Shown in pieces: positions 1 to 13,000 of a DNA stretch of 64,000 nucleotides. Origin of the DNA: Tubiluchus corallicola (Eukaryota; Animalia; Priapulida); contig JAQGDQ010000033.1 of assembly GCA_030141605.1 (NCBI GenBank), forward strand, positions 310,001 to 374,000, in the 5' to 3' direction. Under the pieces are notes generated by a model. It worked only from the letters and a program-made list of their open reading frames with translations. It made no database searches and was not told the DNA's origin. How positions within the stretch are numbered: the first letter of the stretch is position 1; each line of letters starts with the position of its first letter. The translations under genes were made by a program, and so were the position numbers.

Positions 1-101
1 GAACATGCCGTGGGCTAGGTGACTAACAAGTAAGGCAAGGTAAAAGGACTCAAAACTAATGTGGGTATTTCTCGCATGCAACAAAAAGTGCACTTACTAA
101 A

Positions 102-261
102 GGCCGAAGTTTACAATTCCCCCATATAGTTCATAAAGCAGATTAGTATTAGGGTTAGAATTAGGATTAGGGTAAGGGTTGGGATTAGGGTAAGGGATAG
201 GGTTAGGGCTAGGGTTAGGGTTAGGGTATTTAAATTGAGTGGGGAATTGTAAACTCCTTCC
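102..261. mobile_element. 160-bp MITE with internal degenerate TTAGGG repeats
   Basis: TIRs GGCCGAAGTTTACAATTCCCC / GGGGAATTGTAAACTCCTTCC; 8-bp direct repeat TTACTAAA at 94-101 and 262-269. Confidence 0.75.
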
Positions 262-907
262 TTACTAAATTTATTCTGATGTATTAATGTTCCAAATATG
301 GACTTTTTGTTTGCACAATATGCAATGCATGCAGAGAATGGTGCTGCACAGTTTAATATAATGGGAATTTGTTCATTAATATGCACAGAAATACTACAGA
401 CTTCACTCAAAGCCTATAGTATTTTTATAGGCATTATAGTATATTAGGTATGTTGGAGTTTTCACTACAAAGCATATTACTGCATTATATGGTAACCAAA
501 TCTCAAAACATGCTGATGGAATATATTTTGAAAATTGAATATAATTCAAATATACTCTTTGGGTCCAAATGCCTTTACTAATCAAATATGATACTTGATG
601 CATTCATTTCTAAGATATCTCAGATATTAGGTAGTCTGCAAAAAACCTCAGAGACCATTTCTTTGCTAATTTGGTCAATTTGTGATAATTCTTAGAACCA
701 CCTTTTAAATTCAGTGTTATTAAAGTGAGTGATAAATAAGTTTCGCCACTTTAGAAAAAATAAACTCTAGGCTTCCATTTTTCTAAGAAAATCATTTGAT
801 CTAGTAAAAGAATCTCGATCTGATGCTTTTGCATCCAAATGAAATTGATGCAAATTTTCACTTATTACATAATAACCACCAAGTACAAATAAGAAAAAAT
901 AACTAAC

Positions 908-1031
908 CTGTTCAGTTTCTTGTTGTGCATTTATTCCTCTGATTATATCAATTCCAGAACGATACATGTAACGTGTCCAGAAGTGCTTCTTGTAGATGTT
1001 TGGTCTGACCTTTTCAGATTGGATGACAAAC
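908..1031 (-). CDS. TRPA1: TRPA exon, C-terminal cytoplasmic region
   Basis: ttttag acceptor and gttagt donor; (R)FVIQSEKVRPNIYKKHFWTRYMYRSGIDIIRGINAQQETEQ; phase-2 junction completes the CG|G codon from exon 5439-5318. Confidence 0.85.
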
Positions 1032-4000
1032 CTAAAAACGTTGTGGTTATGGATAAATATAAATTTATATTACGGCAACAAAAGACATAGCACACAACTT
1101 TGTATAACAAACCGAGGAACAAAACATCATAAGAAAAACAGCCCATATCGCTAGACAAACAAGCATAGGTTTCAATTCAGATTACAATACACAAAATATT
1201 TGGAACTTTTTGCTAGTTACGTCTTTCTTATTTTTTTAAAAGTTTTTGTGAACTATAAACTCACAATTTCATAAGCATCACATAAATCATGTACAACCTG
1301 ACTGGACAGCAGTGATTACAATTTGTGTTAAAATGAGGGATCTGGAAAGGATTAGTTCTTAAATTCTACAGCAGGGTGGAGGGACATAAGATGGATCTGC
1401 TAAACTGAATCTCTACAATCATGCTTCAGCTGTCTTACCCTCGGATTCTATTTATCAAAAGAAATTAGCTTGTTTAGCAAACAGTGCGGTGTACCATGAC
1501 AAAAACTAATGTACCAATCAGCTTGCAATTGCAAGTTAATGAAATTATAGTAGGAGCCATCCCCTTAAAACTTATAAATACAGCATTTACAATACACAAC
1601 AGTTTAAAACTACATTGACCAGTATGTGTAATGTTGAAAAAACAGCATTACTAAGAGCTGACATAATGAAAGCCACGTTAAACAAACATCAACAGAATAT
1701 ATTTTGTCCAACTGACATGTATTATTGGATGCCATTAAGGGAAAGGGAATAATTGCACCAAATTCATTGCATATTTAAACAAAGTGCCATGCATGAAAAC
1801 AGTAGAAAAGCAGAATTTGCACTGTGTAAAAACTGCAGTAAAAAGCCTTTACAAAGACTGACACCCAAGCATTACAATACTTATATTAGAACATTTAGAA
1901 GACTTGTGTAGAGTCAAGGATATCGGCAACGGTTTTCGCAAATGGCTTCGTTTTTATGATTATTTTGAAATCGCACACTCTCCATACTCCACTTTACTAC
2001 ATCTTATCTGCAGTTTATCTGCATATTATATGCAATTTATCTGCAGCTGATATGATAACTGGTTTGTGTCTTTTAGTGCAAACTGTAGTACTTAACATTA
2101 TAGGCCCGGCAACAAACAACGCAACCCTGTGTGGAATTTTGTTCACTTTCCCGCTTTCTTCACTTGGCAATTCTGCACTGTTTTACATTTTGGCGACATA
2201 TGAAAGATTTATCAGTATTGTTCATCCGTTTCGCTATCACGTTTTGTTGTCAAGCTTACGACTAAGAGTTATTCTAATCTGTGCATGGGCCTTTGCAAGT
2301 TTCGGTTGGACTTTTTGGTTTTTACCATATGTTTATGATACAGATATTCTCTACAAGTGTGTACCAAATCCGAAAGGAGCATATTCATCAGTTTTATTTA
2401 CTTCTGCATGTACACTGACTCCTGGAATGTTTATTATGTTCACGTACTGTTATGCTGCAATAATCAAAACTGCTCTCAAACAGATGAAAGAAATACAGTG
2501 TCAAAATCAGATTGTTATGCATTATTCAAAAGAGAATTCATTATCACAATTAAAGGTAAAACGCAAGCCAATAAAAACTCTGGTGACTGTTGTTGGACTA
2601 TTTTGCTTGTGTTATATACCATCTAATCTGCCATTTATGCTAATTCTTCAAGGCAGAGTGTCACAATATGTCAATATGAAGAATATTTACTGGTACATTA
2701 TACCAGAATACTTCAATTCGTTTGCAAATGCTTTTGTAAATGCATCAAAACTCGACGAATTCAACAGTGAAGCAGAAAGTTTCTCAGTTTCCATAGATAA
2801 AAAACGTAACGTTGAGACATTACAGTGACAAACTGTGAATTTTTTCGGTGTCAAAGGCAATGAACATAAAGTGGTAAATTCGTGATAGTTTTGAAAGCTC
2901 TGTACTGCAAAAAGGACGCTACAGCTGTTAAATTAAAAATCTAGGTCTTAACAAGGCATGATGCTGATGTTATCATCATTCTCATTAGCGACAGCACCCA
3001 GCTTTGAGCAATTCAGAAATTAAGATTAAGCTACTTTTTAGCATATGTAATGTTTGAATGTTTCAATCTTGCTGCATAAAAGCATTAAAACAAATCAAAC
3101 TTCTCCTAATAAACATTGTATGTAGCAAAACTGGGTCAATTCAAAGGTGAAATAAAGAAGTACTTTCGTTTTTGATGCTATGTATCCAAAAGTTCATATG
3201 ACTAAGAGCAATTGAAATTCATTTGCAGGTACAGTTGTGTCATTATTTCTGTCTTCATTTTAAGAAAGTTATTGACAACAGCTGGCAACCACGTGACAGT
3301 GCTTACTATTCAATATCAAGGGAGGAATATTATTTCTCTGTGAGAACTACTTACCATAAAAATAAGAATTTCATGTAAAAACAAATGTAGTTATGTATAA
3401 TGTACAGAACGCTCCTGCTCGATCAATATATATTAATATTAGTCCATGGCACAAGCATACAACAAAGTAAGAGCAGTTTGGAAGTAAATTTGCGATAATT
3501 AACACTCTTTGATTGGTCATGACAGTACGATCCATTAGACTTTAACAAACTGCATTCTTTGTGTATCTAGTAAATAATGTATTGCAACATTAAGTGATGT
3601 AAAAGACTTCACTAAACAAACTTATGTTTGGTATAGTGCCATAGTACTTGCTTGTGTGTAAGATATTCTGGAAACAATGTAGTAGAGCTAGTTTATCATG
3701 GAGCTCTACAGCAAGAATTGTATGTTTTTAAATAGCAACACTAAAGTGTCAGTGACTCAGTATGATATTTGTGCTATACTCCTAAGTGTAGCAATAATTC
3801 TAGCAAACAGTGTGGTAATTATAGTTATTATAAAGTCATATACTTTACATATACCACTCTACTATATACTGTGCAATTTATCGATAGCTGACCTAATAAG
3901 TGGCTGGTGTCTCCTTACACAGACAATGGCATTCCAGGTATTTGATAATGTATCCAATAATCTTCTACTGTACAATGTCTTATACGTCTTACCGATTTTA

Positions 4001-7000
4001 TCTATAAGCAATAAGATTATTTTCTACATTCTAGCAACATACGAAAGGTATATCAGCATTGTGTTACCGTTTTGCTATCCGGTCCTTTTCTCAAACCAAC
4101 AGGTAACAGTAGTTCTGATTTGCACTGGATAATGGGATGTGTGAATTCTATCGTCTTTGTCTCCATTTACATTTGGAGCAATAGTATACTCATCAAGCGC
4201 ACAACCCATCCAGACGGACCACTCCCCACTGTTTCAGCATATGCTGGCAGTATAGGAAGTATAGCGCAGACAATCATTTTTATGTATTTTTATATTACAA
4301 TTTTGAAAACTGCTTTGAAACAGGTACGTGAGATACAAAATGTCATTTTTGTACCTACACCTGTGAATAGTAACCATTCTACTTAGTCAAGTTTTAAAGC
4401 AAAGCTAAAGCCAGTGAAAGCACTAGGATTAGTTAGTGGGCTGTACTTTGTGTGCTATATCCCAAATAGCACAATAGTTATGGTATTTGCTGTTTATGGA
4501 GGATCACAAACAATTAACAGAAATGATTACTATTGTTTTTTACTCCCATCTATATGCCAATTCACTTGCAAATGTTTTCATTTATGTGGCAAAGCTTGAC
4601 AAGTTTAGAAATAAAAAGAGAAAATTTCATTGTGTTTAAAAATGTCAAAACAAGAAAGTGTTAAATGTTTACTAGCTGCACCAACGGGTAAAATGGCACA
4701 ATGATAAAATATCATTATTGTGAAAAATCGGTTAGTTTATAGACTAATATTCTGTTCATGCATGCTAATTTTGGCAACTGCTACTTTCAACAATCTGCAT
4801 TTTTAACTGTGAGTTGCAATGCTCCTCTATTAGTCATATACTCTGTTTTTCTCTTCTCTCTCTCTCTCTCTCTCACTTTCTCTCTTTCGGATAAAGTTAG
4901 CTAATAGTGGTTGAGTAATGCACGGGCCAAGAATTACTTGTCCAGCCATGGACTTCAGGGTATTAAGTACATGACTGTACATCCACTAACCGTGAATTAT
5001 TAAAAACATCCACTTCTGTGGTTTCCTGCAGCCAGGTAAAAAGTTAAATGCAGAAAAATGTTTCAGTCAGGAGCTAAAAATACTCTGTCAGGATATTAAG
5101 TAACAAACACTGAAGAAAGGACGAGCTAGTACAACACAGTAAACTACTTTTGAAATATCTTTCATGCTGGTCAAATTGTAATGTGTATGAAACAAGCATC
5201 AGAAACATAATAAAAAATCTTTGTCAGGAATTGTCTGGCAGGAGACAATGCAGGGTATTTATTGCTTTCACTGAGCTTAAGTGGTGCTAAAATCACAGTA
5301 ATGATTTTGAAACGTACCGTTTTCGTAGCCAATGAGGTAGTATTCCTTCTACTCCTAAAGTTAATTCAACCTGCATTGCTAACCTTCGCAGTGCTGCATT
5401 GCTCTGTACTTCTTTGATATCATCGACAGCTAAACCAACCTAGACATAACACAATGTGCATTACAAAGCGTAGACTAACATTTCCTCTCACATTTTGAAT
5501 ATTGCTACATCAAATTTAATTATTTAACAAAGATCCAGTAACGCCAGAGATGCTGTGCAAGGCGGACTATACTGTTTAAGATCACAATGCAGATAAGCAG
5601 TGAATTTGTTTACTAACACACTTGTTATGTCAATATTGGTTAAAATATGACATTTGTATCTCTAACCATAAATAAAAACATAATTTAGCACCAAGGTAAA
5701 TGAATTTCCTGATACTTTGCTTTAGAATAAACAGTAAACAGCTATACATATTAAAAAGTGTCAATTAATAATAAGAGACAAAAGAGAATGTGCAATGTTA
5801 AAAAATAAACATGTCAAAGAATAGAAGCTGTATTGAATGACACTAACCAGCAAATTCATGATGAGTATAGTCATGATAATGAGGAAGATCACAAATACTG
5901 CATACGTCACTCCGTAATTAACCACTTCACCTGGATCGCCATCTAAACCATCATTAAATATGTCATCAAATTCAAACTCGCCTATCATCATTACTGTGGT
6001 TTTCAATAAAGCATTCCATGGGTCGCGAAATTGCACCTAAGTAATAAGAAACATACATAAATAATGCCCTGTGAAGTTAATTTTACAAATATAAGAACAC
6101 CCATACTCTGTTCAAAAAAATGATGTCTCAGTGCGTTCTATCTGTCCATAAGCTTTTTTGTACAGAATTCAATAAAGTCAGCATCAAATAATCTCGTAGG
6201 TACATTAAATTGTTTGATTAATGTTAATACCAATTTAACACGATGCTTTTGTCTGCACAGTACAAACAAACAGCAGAATCTATAAGCAGTGTTGGGTAGT
6301 GACACATTACTGTCATCAGATTACCTTTTGTAGTAGCAAGCAATGAACAACAATTACACTGCTTAGTTTTGTAATCAGATTACTCGTTACTTTGGCAGTA
6401 ATGCTATGAAACCTGCATTACTTATCTGTCCACGAATAACATTTTGAACTTAGGCCGTTTTGATTGTTTTGTCTTAGTTTATCTATGCTACGCCAAGCCT
6501 GTACGTGCACAATGATTTATTACTGTGTGCAAATAATGACCTTATTTGACTTTGAGACTGTCATAAAAACTTCTACAGCTATAGCTGATAGTTTTGTACA
6601 GTCAGTATTGTGCACATACTGCAAGACAATGTAGACAGCTGAGCCGTAAAGCAGCTGAATGCTACTGTGTGTATATATGTTTTAGTTGCTTGCAATGAAC
6701 ACCGGTGACAAAGATCACGCTCTGTCATAACCTCAGCAAACTGGAGCTTCTGAAGTTTAACGTATTTTGGGTAATAAAAGATTAGATTAAATCTCATACT
6801 AGCATCGTTTTTTTTCCTATCATTGCATAGACAGGATGCTGAAATGTACAGAAATTATTAAACTTACAATTCATGTCCTTACCCCTGTGACTCTGAAACT
6901 AGCTGTAGGGGACTGCACCAATGAACTTTCCTAACAACTTTTCGTGAAGTGTTGCAGCTAATTTTGCTGGAAAATTGTGGGGTGGAATTGTCAGTCGCAA

Positions 7001-10000
7001 TGCAATGCTTTTGCTAAAGAAAAACAGATGCACACTTTTTGCCAAAGTATCACTCACACTAGCATACAAAGTAATGAGTAATCAGTAAGGGATTACCCCC
7101 ACTAAAAGCAAATGGTAATTGATTACAATTTTTCAGAAGCAGCTTGTAATTACAACAAATTACTTTTCCATACTAACGAACTAAACACTGTCAATAGGTG
7201 TTGTAAAGAAACATCTCTTCAACCATAACACCAACAAAAGTATGGCATTGACCCATGAACAGAAATCTACTGCTAATGTTGCTAGGTACTAATAATCTTT
7301 GACCTTCGCGATCATGAACAACTGCTGGAACTCCGAAAAAGCTCATTTATGCTTCAGTTTACATATAGTTAGTTTACTGTTAAATAAGCAGTTTGTCACC
7401 TGGTTCTGCATTAAGGCATAAAATGACATTGCAAAAGCTACGATGAAAAGAAAGAAGACGATGAAGAATTGGCAGAAAGTCCACAAAATCCAAGTAAACA
7501 TGACGACATAGATGCCAAATTGTGGAAACTTTCTCAAAAACAATATGAGATCACACCAAGCCAAGAAAATTGCTATAGCACCCAGCTGCCATTGCCAATC
7601 CTGAAAAATTATCAAGCAATATGGTACTCTCTAAAAAGAAGCAAATCTGTTTTAACACTAAGCTCAACCGAGTTATGTTCATTTAAAATAACAAAAGCAC
7701 ATAAAATTATGACAAAACAAGCATTTTTATTAAAGACTACAGTAGGCGCTGTTTGGACTCACGGTTAATAGACTCAATTGCTTAATTGACTCAAAAACGC
7801 CTGGAACGGGCCACTTCTGTTCAAATATACATAAAAACTATCGGTGATTGACTCAAATAACTCCGCTTAGTTGACTCAATATTTTTCCTTCACCTACTTA
7901 AATTAATATTATTTGTATGTGCCCAAAGAACCTTTCCTACATTTATGTCATCTCTACTTCCCCTTTGTACACTATGTATGCAAAAACAATCATGTTAAAT
8001 AGCGTTTTGTTTGTAAGCAGGTACGTTTATCATGCGCTAATACGCTAATGTAAAGGTTTTGCTTTGAATCTGTTACCCGCTTACCCACTGTTACCCAAAA
8101 CATTTCTGAAAGCTAAACATTTAATCACTTGCCAAGCGGTTTCCTTTTGGTGCTCTCGTTGCAAATCATGCTTTCAGCTTAATCAGTTAACAGTCAAAGA
8201 TGCAGGTAGAGTAATCAGCGGGTATTCCTTGTGACTTACAAGAGTAAACATCGTACGGCAAATAAGGGCAATGTAAGTGAGCAGACGATTTAGAACTGTT
8301 TTAGTCAAGCACAACAGATTTTCAATGCTTTTACAATTACGAGAACTTTGTGGGCCAACTTCTTCGCGAGAAAATGAAGTAGCCACCTTGAAGAAATTTT
8401 TGTAATTTTTGCGAATAAACAGACTTAGAAAAGTCTGTGATTTAGAAAAGTATACTTTTTAACTTATTGCTAATTCACTTATATAAATTAATATTTTAAA
8501 ATATTTGTTCTAATTTTTAACTGCACAAAGGAATTTAGGGATTAGTTCGTTTCTAAAATTCATTAAAAATCGTTGCAGCACATAGTAAGCTGGTGACACA
8601 TACTTCTATTCCCGTAATACTACACCCATCAGTTAATAGTTCAGTCAGTTAATTGGGTCAAAATACGTTGGTCCCAAAGTGAGACCATTAAGTGGTGCCT
8701 ACTGTATAAAATAAAATTAATTGTAGCCATTTTCTGAAATCTTACCACACTTTAGCACTTAAAATTTTATCACGTTTTGGGTCATATAAATACGTATTTA
8801 AAAAAGTGAGAAAAATCTATCAAATTCACTTTTAACTATTTACTAATTATTAATTCTATTAGTAAAATAATTAATATGATTTTTTCTTGCTTTGAAATTC
8901 ATGTTTATTACTACCTAAACTGCATTAAATGTTAAGCTAACGTAATAAATTAACTTTGAGACTTTGAATGCAAGCTTTAAATTTAAATGTGTGCTTGCAA
9001 ACCAAAATCATCTGTAAGTCGGCGTAGTCAAAACTACGTTATGATGCTTCAAAGTAGAATGCACCAAAATGGGCCAAATGCCAATTTTTTGTTCTTTTTT
9101 AATACAAACAAATGCTAAATATATTGGACTTTAATATTCTAGCATCAAATTGTCAAGCAAATGTTTAAAAGATACCAACAATCTAATTTTATAATCCCGT
9201 ACTTACTTTTCTGTCTAGAAACTAGTGCTACAATTGAGAAAAACTTGTATTTTCAAACTCTGGTGGTAGCTCATGGAACCAATAATTTTGCTTCGGGTTT
9301 TTTCGGTTGCCAAGCACAGATCTTCGTCAGAGAGGGCCATCTACTGGATTTAAACATAACATCAATGTGTAGTTGCAAAGTCCGTAGCAACCAACATTTG
9401 TACGGATACTAAGTGCTTTGTAGAAACGCGACAAAAAAACAATGGCCAACTTTAACAGCGATTTCTCAAGGTTATGTTTTTCGGTGTGAAGAGTGAATAA
9501 ACTTAAACGTGGATTATCTCAGCTTAGAAATAACATAGAACGATGGGATTGGTATCAAAACGACCCTCATGTAATGGAGTTTCAGGATATGTGAATAGCT
9601 AGAAAAGCTTAATTGCCGACTTGTGGACGATTTTGCTATGCATGCACACAAATGTTATAAAACGACTTACTTCTCGAATGCCAGTTTGTTGTTGGCATTC
9701 AGCAAAATCAATAACAAGTAGCAATGAAAACACATACGAAACCCATTCCAGTAAGTTTTCCCAGTCTAAATAGTGCCATTTCGAATAGTAGATTTGAAAC
9801 AGCTAAATGAGACAAAAAGAAATTCAAACCCTGATAAAATGAGCTTAAAAAAAGAAGATGTTAATAGATAAATTAAACACTGTTTATTGAAATAAAACTG
9901 GAGCATTTTATTAAATAAGGTAAGTAACTAAACTTTTACATTGCTTACCTCTCTAAGCAACTGAAAGCCAGCCAATGCCATTATCACAAATTTTCCTATT

Positions 10001-13000
10001 CTGGCAAACATATCCTGAGTGAGCCCCTCATCCTCAATGTTTTCAGCACAGAGATCAACCGTTCCATTACTAAATGAAAAACACCATTCAATAAAAACAT
10101 GCATTAGACAAAACTTGGTTAAAAATTTTCTTTGTTCAAAATATATTAGCAAGATAAGTTATACTTTTGTGAAACTTAGGTACTTATTATTCAATGATTT
10201 CACTCATTAAACTAGAGCTTGCACTGACAGGATAAAGAAACCATAATGCGTCTGTGTGGGCATCAAACTAGCATAAAAAGTATGTAAATGTAACAGGCAA
10301 ATACCTCCCATTGGGCCTATTAGTTTTGAAATGTAACAAGTTATTTACTATTACTAGTTATCACAAGACAAAAACAGCATGTTACCATTACCAAGTTACA
10401 TATGTGTGAAAAAAGTCAAAGTGCTACATTACTCATTTCATGTTACTTTTTTGTTTAGCAACAGTCATGCTTGTTTTGCTGAATACTGTCTACTGGCTTC
10501 GATTTAGCCTTAAATCGCCAACCTTCAATGGTTTAAGTGTTAGGCACAAAAAATAGCTTACGACCCCACAACTTGTACTAGCTAACATGTAATTAAATAT
10601 AGGTTAACTTACACATGATATACAAAAGGAGGTTTAGTCGTTAGCATGTATCCAGTAAGAAAAGTAAGATAAACCATAAATATCATCAAATTTATGTAGT
10701 AGATAGGCGCACCAAATGTTTTCCACTTGCGAACAAGCAATGCTGTTACTAGAGGATGTTTCAGCAAGTGCTCCCGATTAGATTTTGCCTAGTTAAAAAT
10801 TAAGTCAGTACTAGATAATTGCTAAAAATGAATTAGAAAGGCATAAAATAAGAACAACTTGCCAAACGGCATGAAATTGTCATTTCATTTTAAGCAAGAA
10901 AGCTAATAGTAGGGGACGCTATGTCATCCCGTGCGATTTTCGTGCTAAAATTAATTTTTGTGTTTAAATGGATTCAATTCCCTCTAGTGAGTATGAAAAA
11001 ATTTAGTGTCATTTTTTCTAATAATAACTTAATGAAATAGGAGCATTTTAGGACACTCCAGGTCCTGATCAGGGATATGCCCCATTATTAACAATGTAAA
11101 CAAACCTTAAAATTACAAAACAAGGGGCATTTCTCTGAACTGAGATCCAATTGAAAATGGCGTCCCAAAATGCCCTTAATGGGCTCGAAAAATGGCACTC
11201 AATTTTTTGGACTATGGGGTCACATCCTTCAGTTTCATCAAAAGAATTAACTTTACACAAAAATCCCACACAAGGAACCCTACTATAATACGTAAAACAA
11301 AAGAAGCTGATACCATTTTATTATCAGTAACATTTTGTGAACATGAAGAAATTTCAAGACATCAAGGTTTAACAAAAAAACTTTTAATGTGACATTTAAC
11401 AGCGATTGAAAATGGGTAATGGAATGAAGAGGTACCACATGGATAAACAGCAAGGTTCAGGCTAAGATAGGATATAATGCAGCACAGATTTCCATTTGCC
11501 ATCATGTAATTTTAGCCAGGACTTAGTGTTTAGGAACACCATTAAGGCAAATGAAGTCCACATAAGAAGCCTGTAAAGGTAAATGCAAATTAGACAGTGA
11601 AATCAATAAATATACAGGTAAATTAAATTAAAAAAATGTTTTTCATAAAGACATAACCCAGTCTCTCTCTCAATCTCTCTCACTAATTGACACAATTTGT
11701 ACAGGTGTTTGAAGATCCGTTTAATGTGCAGATACTTTGTAATATTCTCTAGCAATTTTCTTCCTACCTAGTTACTCAACAAAATTAGCATGTCACTTAC
11801 TGCTACACTATGCCATTTAAATGCTGAATTCTACAAGTATTATGGAATATGGTCTTTGGCAACTTTTGATATCATGATGACCATGGTTACCACATTATTC
11901 TGGTGTTAACTGATGTATTTTCGTCCATTACATCGTTAAAGCATTTTCAAAAATTGATTAAGAAGAGGCCTTGCAGTTTAAAAGTTATTTGAGCTTTCAG
12001 CTTTAACCATTTAAAATATTAAAACATGATCGTGCCCTCATTTGGTCAGTATTTGTCTGCAAAAATTGGCTCTCCTGGGACCAACACGAAATTTAACTAA
12101 AACAATTAACGTTTTATTATAGAATCAAGCAATTATTACCAAAAGCATTCTCCATACAAGTGAATGAAACATTTGCCATCACCAGACAGACTTACTCAAC
12201 TAGGTGTTAAAATCTTAAAGTCAAGTGATGCATAAAGAAGCTAATTTCTGTCAGACTATACATTTTAAATGTTAAGTGGCACCAATAACAAAAACAAATA
12301 ACAAGTAATTTTATAACATTGCAGGTGTAGTGCAAAATTATAGGAAGCTGAAAACTTGTCAAACAGATGCAATAAAAAATTGCTAATAAATTACCATTAT
12401 CATCAGGGGATGATTCTTTTTTAAGGCTGATGAGTCTTCAGAATATGGCTGAGCATCGGCGTGAATGCGACCGTCATCGTCAAATGTAGACACATGCCTA
12501 AATAAGAACGAACCTGCTTGCTTTCCATACTAACATATCTAATGGTATGTTCAGACTACAGAGTTCTTGCGCAAGTTCTCTGTGAGTGTAAACTCACAAG
12601 TGTGAACAGCTTTGCAAGTTTTCTCGCAGGTTTTCTTGCGAAAGAACTTTCAGCAACTCTCGATGAGTTTGCAATAAATTGCAAGATAACTTACAAAGCC
12701 GTTCACACTTGCGAGTTTACTCTCAGAGAGAATTTGCATGGAATGAAACTTGAAGAACCATATAAATTACCATGTCACTTTACTCACGTAACGAATGATG
12801 CTGCATCAGTGGAAGGCATTGTTTGTTCATTCCAATGGGAATACATGTCATCCAAAAACTCATAATAAAATGTCACCTCAAAGTCTGTGTGTTCGTGATG
12901 AAGACCATTGGTGACTGTGCATCTAGCATACACTTGTTCAACAACATCTAAACAACAAACCTAAACTGTTATTTGTTTTCTAATAGGAAGTTCTCAAATA

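Noticed and set aside
111-410. ORF with LTLTLALTL repeats; possible true telomere
   Set aside because: It is the translation of degenerate TAACCC repeats inside a TIR/TSD-bounded element; it is neither coding nor a chromosome end.
627-645. Acceptor-like ttttttgcag as the last TRPA exon
   Set aside because: It gives a stop after two codons and omits the expected C-terminal coiled coil; the true last exons more likely lie left of the window.
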